From positions 23,217,008 through 23,281,007 of the forward strand of contig JASCQW010000072.1 in the NCBI GenBank assembly GCA_030264375.1: a stretch of DNA of 64,000 bases, in the 5' to 3' direction. The notes beneath the pieces were generated by a model that saw only the letters and a program-made list of their open reading frames with translations, was not told where the DNA came from and ran no database searches. Below are positions 27,301 to 40,694 of the stretch, in pieces. Made by a program: the position numbers and the translations under genes. The stretch's first letter is position 1. Each line of letters starts with the position of its first letter. The DNA is from Carcharhinus longimanus. Lineage: Eukaryota.

Positions 27301-27954
27301 CCTTCACAAATTTCACAAACACTTTCTATACTCCTAGGTTGGAATTTGGGCATAGCATGCATCAGCCCTGATCTGCTAGCTTGTATAGTCACTGTGGTCT
27401 TTGAAACTATTGCCCAGACTGCAGAGGCAAGACTAGAACATTTGAGTTGCGTAGACAGACCACTCTGTCTACCAAGGGAATAGGAACAGGTGAGAGGCAG
27501 AGCGCGGAAAAGTCCGTTGACCTCGGGCGGGATTTTACTTTTCAGGACAAGCAAGGCTGGAAAACCTCACCCTTAGTTTTTTGCCTGAACTGGAAGGAGT
27601 TTGGATTGTTGAAAAGGACGAGTTCAGGAGCAGCACATCACTTCTACCTTTCCCTTGGGTCAGGGTACCAGCTTCCCAATGTGAGATTGGCACACTCATA
27701 TTCCCAAATATGTTGACAGGAGCTGGAAGAGGAAACCAGAATTCCTTAGGTGGCCAGTTAAGAGAATCAGTGGGCGGACTTTTGCCAGCGGGATCTTCCG
27801 TTCTCCACCTCGGTGGAGTTTTGAATGACTTGCCACATTTTATGGATCTACCCTCACCACGATGGGGGCTGTAAAATTCCACCCAATGATGGTCAGACTT
27901 GGACTTTCTTTTCAGGTAGTTCAACCACTGTCAGAACCATGAGTTGGAGGAGGA

Positions 27955-28160
27955 GTGTCTGTGTGGGTTTCCTCCAGGTGCTCTGGTTTCCTCCCACAGT
28001 CCAAGATGTGCGGTTAGATGAATTTGCCATGCTAAATTGCTCCTGAGTGTCAGGGGAAATGCATGGGGTTATGGAGATAGGATCTGGGTGGGATTGCAGT
28101 CAGCGCAGACTTGATGGGCCAAATGGCCTCCTTCTGCACTGTAGGATTCTATGGTTCTAT
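27955..28160 (+). mobile_element. HE1-type SINE 3' half
   Basis: V-domain core plus tail ggcctccttctgcactgtaggattctatggttctatg. Confidence 0.85.
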
Positions 28161-29365
28161 GCTGGTGGTGGTGTTCCCATTCTACTGCTTTTTTTATCCT
28201 TCAAGGCGGTTGAGGTCACAGGTTCAGAAGGTACTGTCAAAGGAGCTTTGGTGAGTTCCTGCAGTGCACCTTGTAGATGGCATGCACTGCTGGCAACGTG
28301 CATCAGTAATGAAGGGAGTGAATGTTCAATGTTGTGGGGGTGGTGCCAGGCAGGCAGACTGCTTTGTCTTGGATGGTTCTGAGCTTCTGTCTTGTTGGAG
28401 CTGAACTCATCCAGGCAAGTTGAGAGTGTTCCCTCACATTCCTGCCTTGCACCGTACTTGGTGGACTGGCTTTGGACAGGAGGTGAGTTGCTTGTCGCAC
28501 AAGTTGCAGATTAATTGGAGAAGGTCATTAGCTGGCACTTGTGTGGTACAAATGTTATCAGTCCAAGCCTAAATGTTGCCCAGGGCATTTGGTGTATGGA
28601 TGTGGACTGCTGGACTGAGGAGTTGTGAATAGATGCTCAACATTGTGCAATCATCCCTTACCTTACCATCTGGTTTCTGACCTTACCATCATAGAATCAT
28701 AGGCGCTGTGAGGCAGTACTGCTAACCACAGTGCAGAAGGAGGCCATTCGGCCCACTGGCTCAGCACCAATTGCAATCCCCCTCAGGCCCTATCCCCATA
28801 ATCCCATGCATTTTCCCTAGCTAGTCTTCCTGACACCAAGGGGCAATTTAGCATGGCCAATCCACCTAACATGCACATCTTTGGACTATGGGAAGAAGCT
28901 GAAGCACTGGGAGGAAACCCATGCAGACATGAGGAGTAGGTGCAAATTCTACACAGACAGTGACCCAAGCTGGGAGTCGAATCCAGGTCCCTGGCTCTGT
29001 GAGGCAGTGGTGCTAAGCACTGTGCCACCATGCCTCCCATGATGGAGGGAAGGTCACTGATGAAGCAGCTGAAGATGGTTGGGTCTAGGACACTACCCTG
29101 AGGGATTCCTATTGTATTGTCCCAAGACCGAGATGGTTGACCGCCAACAATCACAACCATTTTGAGAATTTTCCCTCAGCTCCCAGTAGCTCCAGTTTTG
29201 TTAAGACTTCTTGATGCCACACTCAGTCAAATGCTCCCTTGATATGAAGGGCAGTCAGTTCCACCTCACCTCTTACATTCAACTCTTTTGTTCATGTTTG
29301 GAGCAAGGCCATAATGAGGTCAGGAGCTGAGTGGCCCTGACAGAACCCAAACTGAATGTCATTGA
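28160..29365 (-). mobile_element. CR1-like LINE RT fragment (same family as 1-1110) split by an HE1 SINE at 28690-29040
   Basis: ORF 28783..29160(-) begins VIVGGQPSRSWDNTIGIPQGSVLDPTIFSCFISDLPSI and then runs into the SINE. Confidence 0.85.
28690..29040 (-). mobile_element. Full-length HE1-type SINE nested in a LINE
   Basis: Head ggcatggtggcacagtgcttagcaccactgcctcacag, followed by core and tail. Confidence 0.9.
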
Positions 29366-29557
29366 ACTATTTGTCTATTAAAGAAAAATATATTGCAACT
29401 AAAATTGATGTACTAAGAATATCAAAATATGCAGGGAGGGCATATTACAAATAAATGTAGGGATGCTTGGTTTACACATAAATTTCACTACAGCAGTAGA
29501 ATCTTATCTTCTAGTAAACTGTAAACAAAAATCTCAAACTTTACGTCTCCTGCATTA

Positions 29558-29689
<132 letters not shown>

Positions 29690-30074
29690 TTATAATAACT
29701 GCATTATACTTTGTATATTTGCTCACAATCTAATTCATAGTGTTATGATGCGTTTACAATTTGATAAAACTTTTAAAAGGCAAAGGTATCAAAATGCTCC
29801 TGGTGTTCCACGTAATTACATTTGCAATTGGATTTGTAATGGCTCCATGCAAATTTACTGAATGATTTTAATGGGACAAAGTATAGACCAGCACGACCTC
29901 AGGTTCCAAATAGTCTCACCCAAAATAATGTTATGGATTCTTCAATTGGCTATAACAGCCATTCTCAGTCAGGGTTCTCAAGTCTGACCAGTGATGAGTA
30001 TTTGATTGTCAGATAAGATCAGCAAAACTATTCCGATCTTGACAATAGAATGGTTTGCCATTGTTCTCTCCACA

Positions 30075-30355
30075 GAACTATAGGATCCCTACAGTGAAGA
30101 ATGAGGCCATTTGGTCCATCAAGTCTGCATTGACTCTGAAAGAGCATCCCGCCCAGGCCCTTCCCTCTATCCTACCCCTGTAACCCTGCAAGTTTTGCCA
30201 TCATTTAATCTACACATCTTTGGACGCTAAGAGGCAATTTAGCATGGCCAATCTACCTAACCTATGCATATTTGGGCTACGGGAGGAAACAGGAACACCC
30301 ACATAACACCCATGGAGACACGGGGAGAACGTGCAAACTCCACACAGACAGTCAA
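30075..30355 (-). mobile_element. HE1-type SINE lacking its head
   Basis: Core and tail motifs as in the other copies. Confidence 0.85.
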
Positions 30356-30429
30356 AGGCTCCAGGACCGTTAGCAAGTACAAGCACTGGGGGTTTGCTAA
30401 CTGATTTTGAAGGGGGGTGTTTAAATCCA

Positions 30430-30702
30430 TAAAAGGAATATTGCTTGAATTGAAACTAATAGAGATAGGTTATCTTGTCATGTTTCAGTATTTCAATTAG
30501 TAAATATTAAGATAGTTCATTTGTTATAGTTAAGCTATATTGTTAAATAAAGTTCGTTTTGATAAAAGCTTCCTAGTGGATCAATAGAAAAACACCAGGA
30601 GTGAAACATCTCATCCTCACACTAATGCCAAAATAGAAAAATTACTGGGGACTAGTTGGGCTTCATAACATGCTTTGGGGTTTCTGCTCTGGTACCCTAA
30701 TA
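30430..30702 (+). mobile_element. Probable LTR-retrotransposon LTR 3' fragment (related piece at about 43018-43130)
   Basis: aataaa followed by aagcttcctagtgg...ggagtgaaacatc...cctcacactaatgccaaaat. The same motif recurs at 43018-43090. Confidence 0.45.
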
Positions 30703-30759
30703 GTCTTCACGTATATTTACAAATGAGGTCCAATCTGCTAACTTGGATGGAAAAGATGT

Positions 30760-30990
30760 TTGAAAAAAGAGTAGGGAAGTTATTCTTGGTGCCCTGGCTA
30801 ATATTTATCCCTCATCCACAAACAGATATTTGGTCAATATCACATTGCTGTTGTAGAAATTTGCTGTGTGTAAATTGGCTGCCATGCCTCCATTACAACA
30901 GCACTTCAATAGCATTTTATTGGCTGTAAAGCACTATGAGATGTCCAGCAGTCATGAAAGGTCCTATGTAAATGCAAGCCATTCTTTTAT
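30760..30990 (+). mobile_element. DeuSINE (SacSINE1/AmnSINE1-like) Deu domain and tail
   Basis: gccctggctaatatttatccctca...tcacattgctgttg...gctgtgtgtaaattggctgcc...ttggctgtaaagcactatgagatgtcc...gaaaggtcctatgtaaatgcaag matches the recalled AmnSINE1/SacSINE1 3' consensus. Confidence 0.75.
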
Positions 30991-31074
30991 CGTGTATGTG
31001 CTCTGTGTCACAGACACAATCAAATATGCAAACACCAATTGAAATACCTGAAATTAGGACATACTACAAAATAT

Positions 31075-31440
31075 ATTTGATTAGGTTTGATTGATTTGAT
31101 TCATTATTGTCACATGTAGCAGTACACAGTGAAAAGAATTGTTTCTTGTGCACTATACAAACTGTTCATGGAGAAGAAAAGGAGAGAGTGCAGAATGTAA
31201 TGTTAGAGTCATAGCCAGGGTGTAGAGAAAGATCAACTTAGTGCAAGGTAGATCCATTCAAAAGTCTGATGGCACCAGGGAAGAAGTTGTTCTTGAGTCG
31301 GTTGGCACATGATCTCAGACCTTTGTATCTTTTTTCCCGATGGAAGAAGGTGGAAGAGAGTATGCGGGGTGTGTGTGATTCTTGATTATGCTGGTAGCTT
31401 TTCCAAGACAGCGGGAAATGTAGACAGAGTCAATGGATTG
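31075..31440 (-). mobile_element. Rex1/Babar-like LINE 3' end (related copy 63250-63530 +; tail-only pieces about 3345-3395 and 10690-10760)
   Basis: Shared ...accaaccgactcaagaacaacttcttccctg...gactgtaacactacattctgcactctctcc...gtgacaataataaatcaaatcaaa tail. Confidence 0.7.
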
Positions 31441-31795
31441 GAAAAAAAGCATTTCTGAAATGCTCTTGCGTCCTGTTAGCACTTTTTAAATTTGTAGTAT
31501 TTTATTAAAATTGATTTTTCGTCCTTGCACAGTATTTCTAGACATTGAATAAACTTACTGAGCCACCAGGAGCAATTTCAGATAATTCAGTCAGTAGTTA
31601 ATTCACATTACAGGCAGTCCTGATGTAATTACTTAGCCAGATAGTCTGCCAATAATCAGTGTCAAAACTCATAAAACCTATTTTGAAAAGGTACTGGTAA
31701 GTATGCCTGGAACCAGACCTTGGATAAAGAGTCAATATATTTATAAAGAGGGGAACAGAGAAAAAAATTGATGAGAAAAAATTGAAATAAGGCTA

Positions 31796-32485
<690 letters not shown>

Positions 32486-35241
32486 TGAATAGGAAACAGA
32501 AAAGGCTAGTCACTTAAAATAAAATAAGAAAATGCTAGAAATGTATTCATGTGTTCTACCTCTCTGCGAATGCTGCTTAAGTGCTGAGGAATTCCAGCAT
32601 TTTCTGTTTGTTTCAGATTTCCAGCATCTACAGTATTTTGCTTCTGAGTGAAGATTTGTCATTTATCTGACTTTAATCCGACTGTTTGTCCTGTATCCTA
32701 TCCCAGTTTTGTTTTGAGTACAGCTCAACTTCCTGTATAATTTTTGTTTTGTTTCAACGTCTGGCTTCCTTTTCTCTCAATCATAGAAGCTGGCCATTTG
32801 TAATGATGATAACTAACACTTTCTAAATATGCTCACAATGTCTGTCTTTCTGACCTCCCAAATCAATCTGATGAATTGATATTAATCCTTCCTCTGTGCT
32901 CTGACAGTGCAGTAGTGATGAAACTGCCCATCACAATATTGAATGCTACAAAGTAGGGTTCAATAAATTTGAAAATCTAAGGACAGGGTTTTAATTCACA
33001 ATATTCATTGAGCAGGTTAAAACAAATACTAATTTTCAGCATATAGAAAACAGAACAGTCGATCAAGGTGAAATCATTTAGTTTTTATTCAGCAGTCCAG
33101 TTAAAGGTTCATTCAGAATATGCCGTAGTAATCAAATCTCAGTTCTGGAGTCTGTTTTAAGATTTCATTGTAGAGAATATGCAGAACAAACCTTCTTCCA
33201 CACAGGTTAGAATTAGGATGCATGGTTAAAACAATGTGCTTAACAAAATATAGGCGTAGTGAAATAATTCAGGTATTTTTAAATTCTAACATAATGATGT
33301 GGTCTAGCCTATAAGCAGTTAGGTATGGGAAGCACAGCTTGGAATGTTCTACTGCTTCAGCATGTCATGAGAGGAAGATGACTTCACAAACTACAAATTC
33401 AAATTCATTGGGTGGAATTTTGCTACCGCCCCCTCCCCCACCCCCCACAAGCAGGATTTATTTTCCAGTCCTGCCAAAGTCAATGGACTTTTGAATAGCT
33501 TGGCACATTTTCCAGCCCCACCCCTGCGACAATGGTACAGTAAAATTCCACCAATTATGTGGATCTGTTTTGACATAATTGTATGTTTTATTTCTCCAGA
33601 AGACCAAGTGGCGAGGATTTATTACTATATTACTGCACTTCCAAAGTTCAGACATAAATTAAACGTTGCCCATTTGAACAGTTTTTATTTGAATACTTAC
33701 CTTTATTTCCTTTGGCAAAGCCAGCTGCTTACTTTAATTTGCAAGTTGACGGACAGGTTAATATCACATAATTATTACTTTGTGCGTGAGTATTACAGGA
33801 TGTTTGAGGAGTGAGTTTTGTCATGGTTTAACGCTTGCATTAAGAGAGCAGCCGCAATTTCATTTGGTCGCGATCCTCAAATTTCTCCCAAGATTAAAAC
33901 AAGTGTAAAGCACTTCAATTCACTGATCAGTGTTAATTTTTTATGAACATGAGAACAATAATAGGCCATTCAGCCTTTTAGGTGTCTGGAATGTCACTTA
34001 TTTTAAATAATTTATGAAGGCATGTTTAATTAATAATTTCTGTCCCGTATCATCTTGGTAAATCTGCCCTATGTCCCCTCCTTAGTGAAATACCTGTACT
34101 ACTCCAAATAGGATTTGATTGTGATTAAACCAGTCTTCAGTTTAGTTTAGATTAATTTATTTATTAGTGGGTTTACATTAACACTGTAATGAAGCTCCTG
34201 CGAAAATCCCCTTGTCTCTGCACTCTGGTGCCTAAGAATTAATTATATCTGTCTAATTTGCACTGGACAGATTTGACAATAACATTTCGGGATATATAAA
34301 ACATATGGACCATTGGGATGTAGAGGCACCCTAAAGAGCATGTTGTAAACCGATCAACTTGTCCATTGTATACTTTGGACAGTTGTCACAGTATTATAAT
34401 ATAAACCATTCCAGCTCTCCTTCTTTCCACCCTCCCCCCCCACCTTCAGTGTAATTGCCACATTCCTCATGCAGTCTATTAACATTCTGTTCCGCCATTC
34501 TCGCATTCTGATCACTTAATGGACATTCGTAGCGCCTTCTCAGCCTTCTGTATCCTCATTTACATTCCCATTGCCCAATTCCACAACCACCCCCCCAACC
34601 CCCGCCCCCCACCTCCACACCCCGACAGTATCAATCNNNNNNNNNNNNNNNNNNNNNNNNNNNNNNNNNCTTGAAACGTTGGCTCTATTCTCTCTCCACA
34701 GATGCTGTCAGACCTGCTGAGATTTTCCAGCATTTTCTGTTTTTGTTTCAGGTTCCAGCCTCCACAGTATTTTGCTTTTATAATAAAGTGCAACAGCAAA
34801 ACATTGGAAACAAACCTTTGGAGAGTTTGACAAAATATATGACTGGGGAACTCTTAATTTCCAACTTTTGAAGAAATTTGAAAGCATAAACTTCACATTA
34901 ATCTTAGTTTGCTACAATTTACAAGTAGATGCTATGATTGATCTTTGACCCAGAAGCATGGAAGCAGTACAATAAGGAAAATTCATTGTTTCTTTAAAAC
35001 GTCCAGGGAATCTATAACTGTTTTCACAAATGTTTGAAAAAGGCTTTTAAGAGTTTGGATCAATTATTAAGGGATCAAATTGTAATTTTCTTGGATAGTA
35101 AGAAATACTGATCTCTGTTGTGACCCTTGACAAGGAAGAGGTACAAACAGGAAGGAAGTTAAGACAAATAAGCCATGTGACTAAGGCACAAATAACAATG
35201 GAGAGCTGTAGCAGAGAAGGCATATTTACAATGAACCCCAT

Positions 35242-35243
<2 letters not shown>

Positions 35244-35284
<41 letters not shown>
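35244..35284. repeat. (GT)n microsatellite
   Basis: About 20 GT units. Confidence 0.98.
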
Positions 35285-35286
<2 letters not shown>

Positions 35287-35826
35287 GCAGTTAAGTTGCT
35301 GAATGCAGGGCTAGGGCAGAGATTGTGAATTGGACAATGTTATTGCTGCTGCTTCAGTTTCACCAGAGCCGATCAGACCATTTAATGGGGTTTATTAAAG
35401 GATAAGATAAAGGAGTCTCTGGGGAACCTGTGCCATGAGGAACGTGATGAACCAAACTAAGGAGGTTCTGTAGACACTAGGTGATCACCATCTCTGAAGA
35501 CCTCAGGTGGAACACAACTTGTGGGCCAATGACCACGTGAGAAAGTGAGAGATCATACATGATGGAGTCTGGGTTGCAGAATTTTGGAACTGCAGATGTT
35601 GCTGCATGTATGCAGAGAATGATGCAGGTGTTTGTGTTTTGTAAGACATAGGGTGGGAATTTCCAATTGTGCTTGCAGACCTTTGCGTGTTTCCCCCCCT
35701 GCCCTGCTTGCTATGATTCACATGGCAGGTGGGATGGGTAAATTCCACCCACAGCTTTGTTGCATCAACTATTTAATTTGAAATTTATCTGCTCTTGAAG
35801 CATCATTTGCCTGTTAATTAATTGCT

Positions 35827-35904
35827 GGGGTGGCACGGTAGCACTGTGGTTAGCACTGCTGCTTCACAGTGCCAGGGACCCAGCTTCGATTCCCAGCTTG
35901 GGTC

Positions 35905-35947
<43 letters not shown>

Positions 35948-36140
35948 AGTTTGCACATTCTCCCCATGTCTGCATGGGTTTCCTCCAGGTGCTCCAGTTT
36001 CCACTCACATTCTGAAAGATGTGCTAGTTAGTGCATAGATCTGAACAGGCTCCCGAGGGTGGTGACTAGGGGAATTTCACAGTAACTTCATTGCAATGTT
36101 AATGTAAGCCTTACTTGTGACTAATAAATAAATAAACTTA
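35827..36140 (+). mobile_element. Alternative-tail V-SINE containing an internal (GT)n expansion at 35907-35945
   Basis: The consensus ctgtctgtgtggag is expanded to a pure GT run. Confidence 0.88.
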
Positions 36141-36604
36141 ATTTATATTGATTCTGATTCATGTTAAAGTAAAAGTTACGAAAACGGAAATCTGAATGAT
36201 TTCTTCACGAGTCTCAGTGTTACACTCCAAGTGCAAGGCTGGAAACTGGATTGTGCAAATAATCAACTTCATCGCGGTCAAGAGATTGTTGATCCTGTTA
36301 ATTTGAGTAATTTGGTTAATTTGGTGGACTGCACAGAGGAAAACAAAGTGATCTTTAAGTTTCTCTGAAGAATTAGACAGATGGTTCAGTGTTTCCAGTG
36401 CTCACTCTCCATGGAAGTATACAGAGATTTTTATGGGGTTGGGGCAATAGAATAGTCATTTGGTAAATTTAAGTAGTTTAGTTTACAATTCTCCTGCGGG
36501 AATGATAACACCTCTTTAACATGTCCCAATTTTCACTGAACTAGTGACATCTCCTCTTCTTCAGAAATGAGAAGAACAATACCTAATGTTATGAGCGAGA
36601 TTCA

Positions 36605-36843
36605 GGACCTATCCCTGTAACCCCATGTATTTACCACACTAATCCCCCTAACCTACACATTTTTGGCCACTAAGGGGCAATTTAGCATGAACAATCTGCC
36701 TAACCTGCACACCTTTGGATTGTGGGAGGAAACTGGGACACCCAGAGAAAACCCATGCAGACACAGTGATCCACACAGACAGTGATCCAAGGATGCAATC
36801 GAACCCAGATCTCTGGCACTGTGAGGCAGCAGTGCTCACCACT
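36605..36843 (-). mobile_element. HE1-type SINE ending at an assembly gap
   Basis: Core and head motifs. Confidence 0.85.
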
Positions 36844-37039
36844 NNNNNNNNNNNNNNNNNNNNNNNNNNNNNNNNNNNNNNNNNNNNNNNNNNNNNNNNN
36901 NNNNNNNNNNNNNNNNNNNNNNNNNNNNNNNNNNNNNNNNNNNTTAGTCCAACCGATTTATTTGATAATAGACTTGTGAGTCTATTATCAAATAAATAGG
37001 TTGGACTAAAACCTGGTGTTGTCAGGCTTTTTGCTGAAC

Positions 37040-37580
37040 AGAGAGGCAGAGGACTTGAATAAAGTATTAAAAGAGTACTCTGTATTTGTCTTCACAAAGC
37101 CAAGACAATGATTTAAAGGTTACATTAAAGGAGTGAGGGATGTTATTGACCGCATAATAAAAGACATACTAAAAAGATTAGCATTACTGGAAGTTGGAAA
37201 GTCAGCTTTTGCGGAAAAAATGCAACCTAGGTCTCCAGAAGGAGCAAAGGTAGGATTGGGGGAAATTAGATCACAATTTTTCAGTTTTCATTAGACCCAG
37301 GCATTGTGCTGGAGGACAAGAGGGGTTGCGAATGTGATACCATTATTAAGACAGGGGAGAGGGGTAAATCAGGAAACCATAGGCTAGACAATCTAGCATT
37401 GGTGATGGAAGTTATCGGAAACCATTATTAGAGGCAAAATAAACTTTCAGTTGGAAAGGAATGGGTTATTCCAGGTGTGCCAACATGGATTTGCTATTCA
37501 TATCTGATTGAATGTGAATGAATTCTTTGATGAGACATTGAATTACTTGAGATGGTAGATCAAAATTGTTCAGTAGATTT
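37040..37580 (+). mobile_element. Heavily degraded CR1 ORF2 fragment (region upstream of and into the RT domain)
   Basis: ctgtatttgtcttcacaaag...gaatgtgataccattatt...aggaaaccataggctagacaatctagcattggtgatgg...caacatggattt resembles CR1 NYRPVSLTS...QHGF. Confidence 0.6.
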
Positions 37581-37584
37581 TTTT

Positions 37585-38010
37585 TCATTTATTAGTATCA
37601 GAAGTAGGCCTACATTAACACTGCAATGAAGTTACTGTGAGAATCCCCTAGTCGCCGCACTAAGGTGCCTGTTCGGGTACACTGAGGGAGAATTTAGTGT
37701 GGCCAATGAACTTAACTAACACGTCTTTCAGACTGTGGAAGGAAACCGGAGCACCCGGAGGAAACCCACGCAGACATGGGGAGAACATGTAAATTCCACA
37801 CAGTCACCCAAGGCCAGAATTGGACCCATATCCCTCATGCTGTGAGGCAGCAGTGCTAACTACTGTGCCAATGCACCACCCAACTGGGAGGTAGAGGACA
37901 TGAATAAAGTATTAAATGAGCACTCAGAGGAAACCCACACAGACATGGGGAGAACGTGTAGACTCTGCACAGGCAGTGACCCAAGCTGGGAATTGAACCT
38001 AGGTCCTCAG
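37585..38010 (-). mobile_element. Alternative-tail V-SINE (37585-37885) plus a partial second copy (37926-38008)
   Basis: Reverse-complement matches to the head, core and tail. Confidence 0.85.
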
Positions 38011-38849
38011 AATGAGATGAAAAGCAAAAAATGAAATAAAATAAATGGAAATAGGCACTTTACAGTCTTCTGGACTGGACATTGAGTTCAACAATTTCAG
38101 AGCATAAACTCTCTCCTCCACCTTCACCTCATTTCTGTTTATTTTATTTTTTCTTTTCATCTCATTCATCCATTCCTATCATCCTTCATTCTCACTTCCA
38201 CTTTTCCACTCTCCACTCTCGTTCCCCCCATTTGGCCCCCAACAGCTCCCTCTCCCCCTCCTTCAGGGCAATTGCTACATTTCTCAGGGGGTCCCAAAAC
38301 AATCTGTACCTCAGTTCTGCCATTCACTCATTCTGATCACTTTATGGACACTTTTAGCACCTTTCTCAGCCTTTCTTCATCTTCATGTACATTTATCCAA
38401 TTACAGCCCCCACCCCCACCCTATTGTATAAATCTCTTCTGATTTTCTTTACTATTAGCTCTGATGAAGGATCATCCAGACTCACAACACTGGCTCTACT
38501 CTCTCTGTCAGATTTGCTGAGGTTTTCCAGCTTCTTTTGTTTCTGCTTCAGATTCCAGCATCTGTAATATTTTCTTTTATTGTCTGGATTAATAGTCTGG
38601 TGATAATGCCTCTAGACTATTGCCTCCCCATATGGCCTCCCTCTGCACTGTAGGGTTTCTATGTTCTATAATTAAGTTGTTCACAGCTACAATATTATTT
38701 TCATTAGAGCATGGCTTTCCATTAAACTTTAATTCGTTACATGCATAAAACACTTTGAATTTTTTGTCATATATATTGTTCCACACTGCAGTACATTATT
38801 GAACAATATTGATAATGGCATTGGAAAGTCATATGGAACAAGCCCTTAC

Positions 38850-38986
38850 CCTCCTTCCATTCATGCACTGCTGAAGTTGACTTTTAGTCGGTGTAAGATG
38901 TTGACATTTGTCTGGCTGCCACCGTGCTTTCTGCCAATCACAAGTTTGGTTGTCAGAGCAGCTCAGACATGGAATAACCCACTGCC
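38850..38986 (-). CDS. CPED1: CPED1 coding exon: (G)QWVIPCLSCSDNQTCDWQKARWQPDKCQHLTPTKSQLQQCMNGRR
   Basis: Acceptor ctgtttcag| and donor AGG|gtaagg. 137 nt, phase 1 to 0. Cys/Trp pattern (WxxPCLSCSDNxTCDW...WQP..C) precedes the PC-esterase GDS motif. Confidence 0.95.
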
Positions 38987-40694
38987 CTGAAACAGTAACA
39001 TAAAGAACTTAATTATTATTAGGGAATTAATTTCTTGTCTCTTAATAAGATTGGAATCATTGTTAATCTGTTGATAAGATTGGAATTAATGGTGCATCAT
39101 TATAGTAAACAGTTAAAAACAGAGGAGGATATCATTGTCCTCTCTGGTGCAAAAGAGAACCAATTTTAGAGTGTTCTGACCCTCAACTGAATGATGCTAC
39201 ATTTATATCTACACCATATTGCTTTGTGTGATATTGAAGTCTTCTTGGCAGCTGCCTGAAGCAAATGGTAGGCCTCTTGCATTAGATACTGAAAGGCCTG
39301 AGGCCACAGGCTCATCCTAGAATTTGGGCACGCTGTATTCAGTTTTTCAGCTTCTTCTGCAGCCTACTCTGCAGTCCTCAAAGCTGGTCACCATCCCATG
39401 GGTTAATGTGCAGCCAGGAGGAACACAGACCTGTCCCTCCTGACTCCATATATATCTTGCAGTCTGCTTCTCGGGACATTTCACTTCACAGTCTGGCTGG
39501 GTGGTGGATGTCTGAAATTCGCTGCCTGATTTGGTGGTGGAGGCAGAGACCCTAAACTATTTCTGTATCTGCACCTTAAGTACTGTAAGCTACAGGGGTG
39601 AGGGGTGTGTGCGGAAAGGTGGAGATAGAAAGGGCACCTGGGTGTCCTCCGGCTGGTGCAGACAGGATAGGCCAAATGGCCTCCTTCTGCGCTGTAACTT
39701 TTCTATGGTTCTATGGCTTCCTCCCCCAGAGCACCCCTGAAGACTGGAAGTGACCCTCAGGTCAATGTCATAGTTCACCCAGTAAACAAGCCTTAGGACT
39801 TTTCCCTTTGACTCATCTTCATTTGCAATTGTGAAATGACAGCACTTTTAAGGTTTGTAGAAGGTATTAAAACTGAATAACATAATCAACTGATTCATTT
39901 CATTTAATAAGCTTTGAACCCAGTTATCTCAGTCTGAGAGTTTGAAAATAGAAGCGTAGATCTTGAAAATGGTGTTCCAAACAAGATTTTGATTTTGACT
40001 ATTTTGATATATGATAGGCAGGACAATCAGGCCACCTGCCTTTGGAATGATGAGGGGCCCAAACCATTTCAATGGTCAGTCCTCATTTGTCTGTAATTGG
40101 TGAGCTGGCCACGAGTTTACGGGCACTACCTGGGACTTCATCAAGCAAGAAATTTCCAATAGTTCTCATCTCAACCAGGTTATCAAATGACACTTGTTCA
40201 CCAGAAATCTTCCTGAAGCTCTGTTTTACTAACAATGACAGTTAAATGAAGTGCATACAAAGCTAATATTGAATTGCAGGAAGCATAATAGTCAATAAAT
40301 GCTTAAATGTTGGCACAAGGTCTCTGCCCATGTTTTCTACAGGTTATACCTATACAAAGTTCTTCATTCAGGTAGAATTGATCAGAAAATCTATCCTCAC
40401 ATGGGGAGTTAAGCAACTAGCACAACTCGCATCTAAATCTGGATGGAACCTATAAGATAGCAGTAGGGAATGAGCAATAATAATATGCTTAAATTTAAGG
40501 TTATATAGCAATCACCAAGAACAAATATATTAAGAACACACATAAACTGGGCATTGAGTGGAGTGCATACCTCTGCCACATTGCATTGGCTTAACGTCCT
40601 AACAATAATGCAGCTCTACTTTGAAGCTACGTAACTTCAGAGTTCCATCTCACTGTGGAGGTTTCAAGTAAATCCACATCCAACAACCTGCTCT

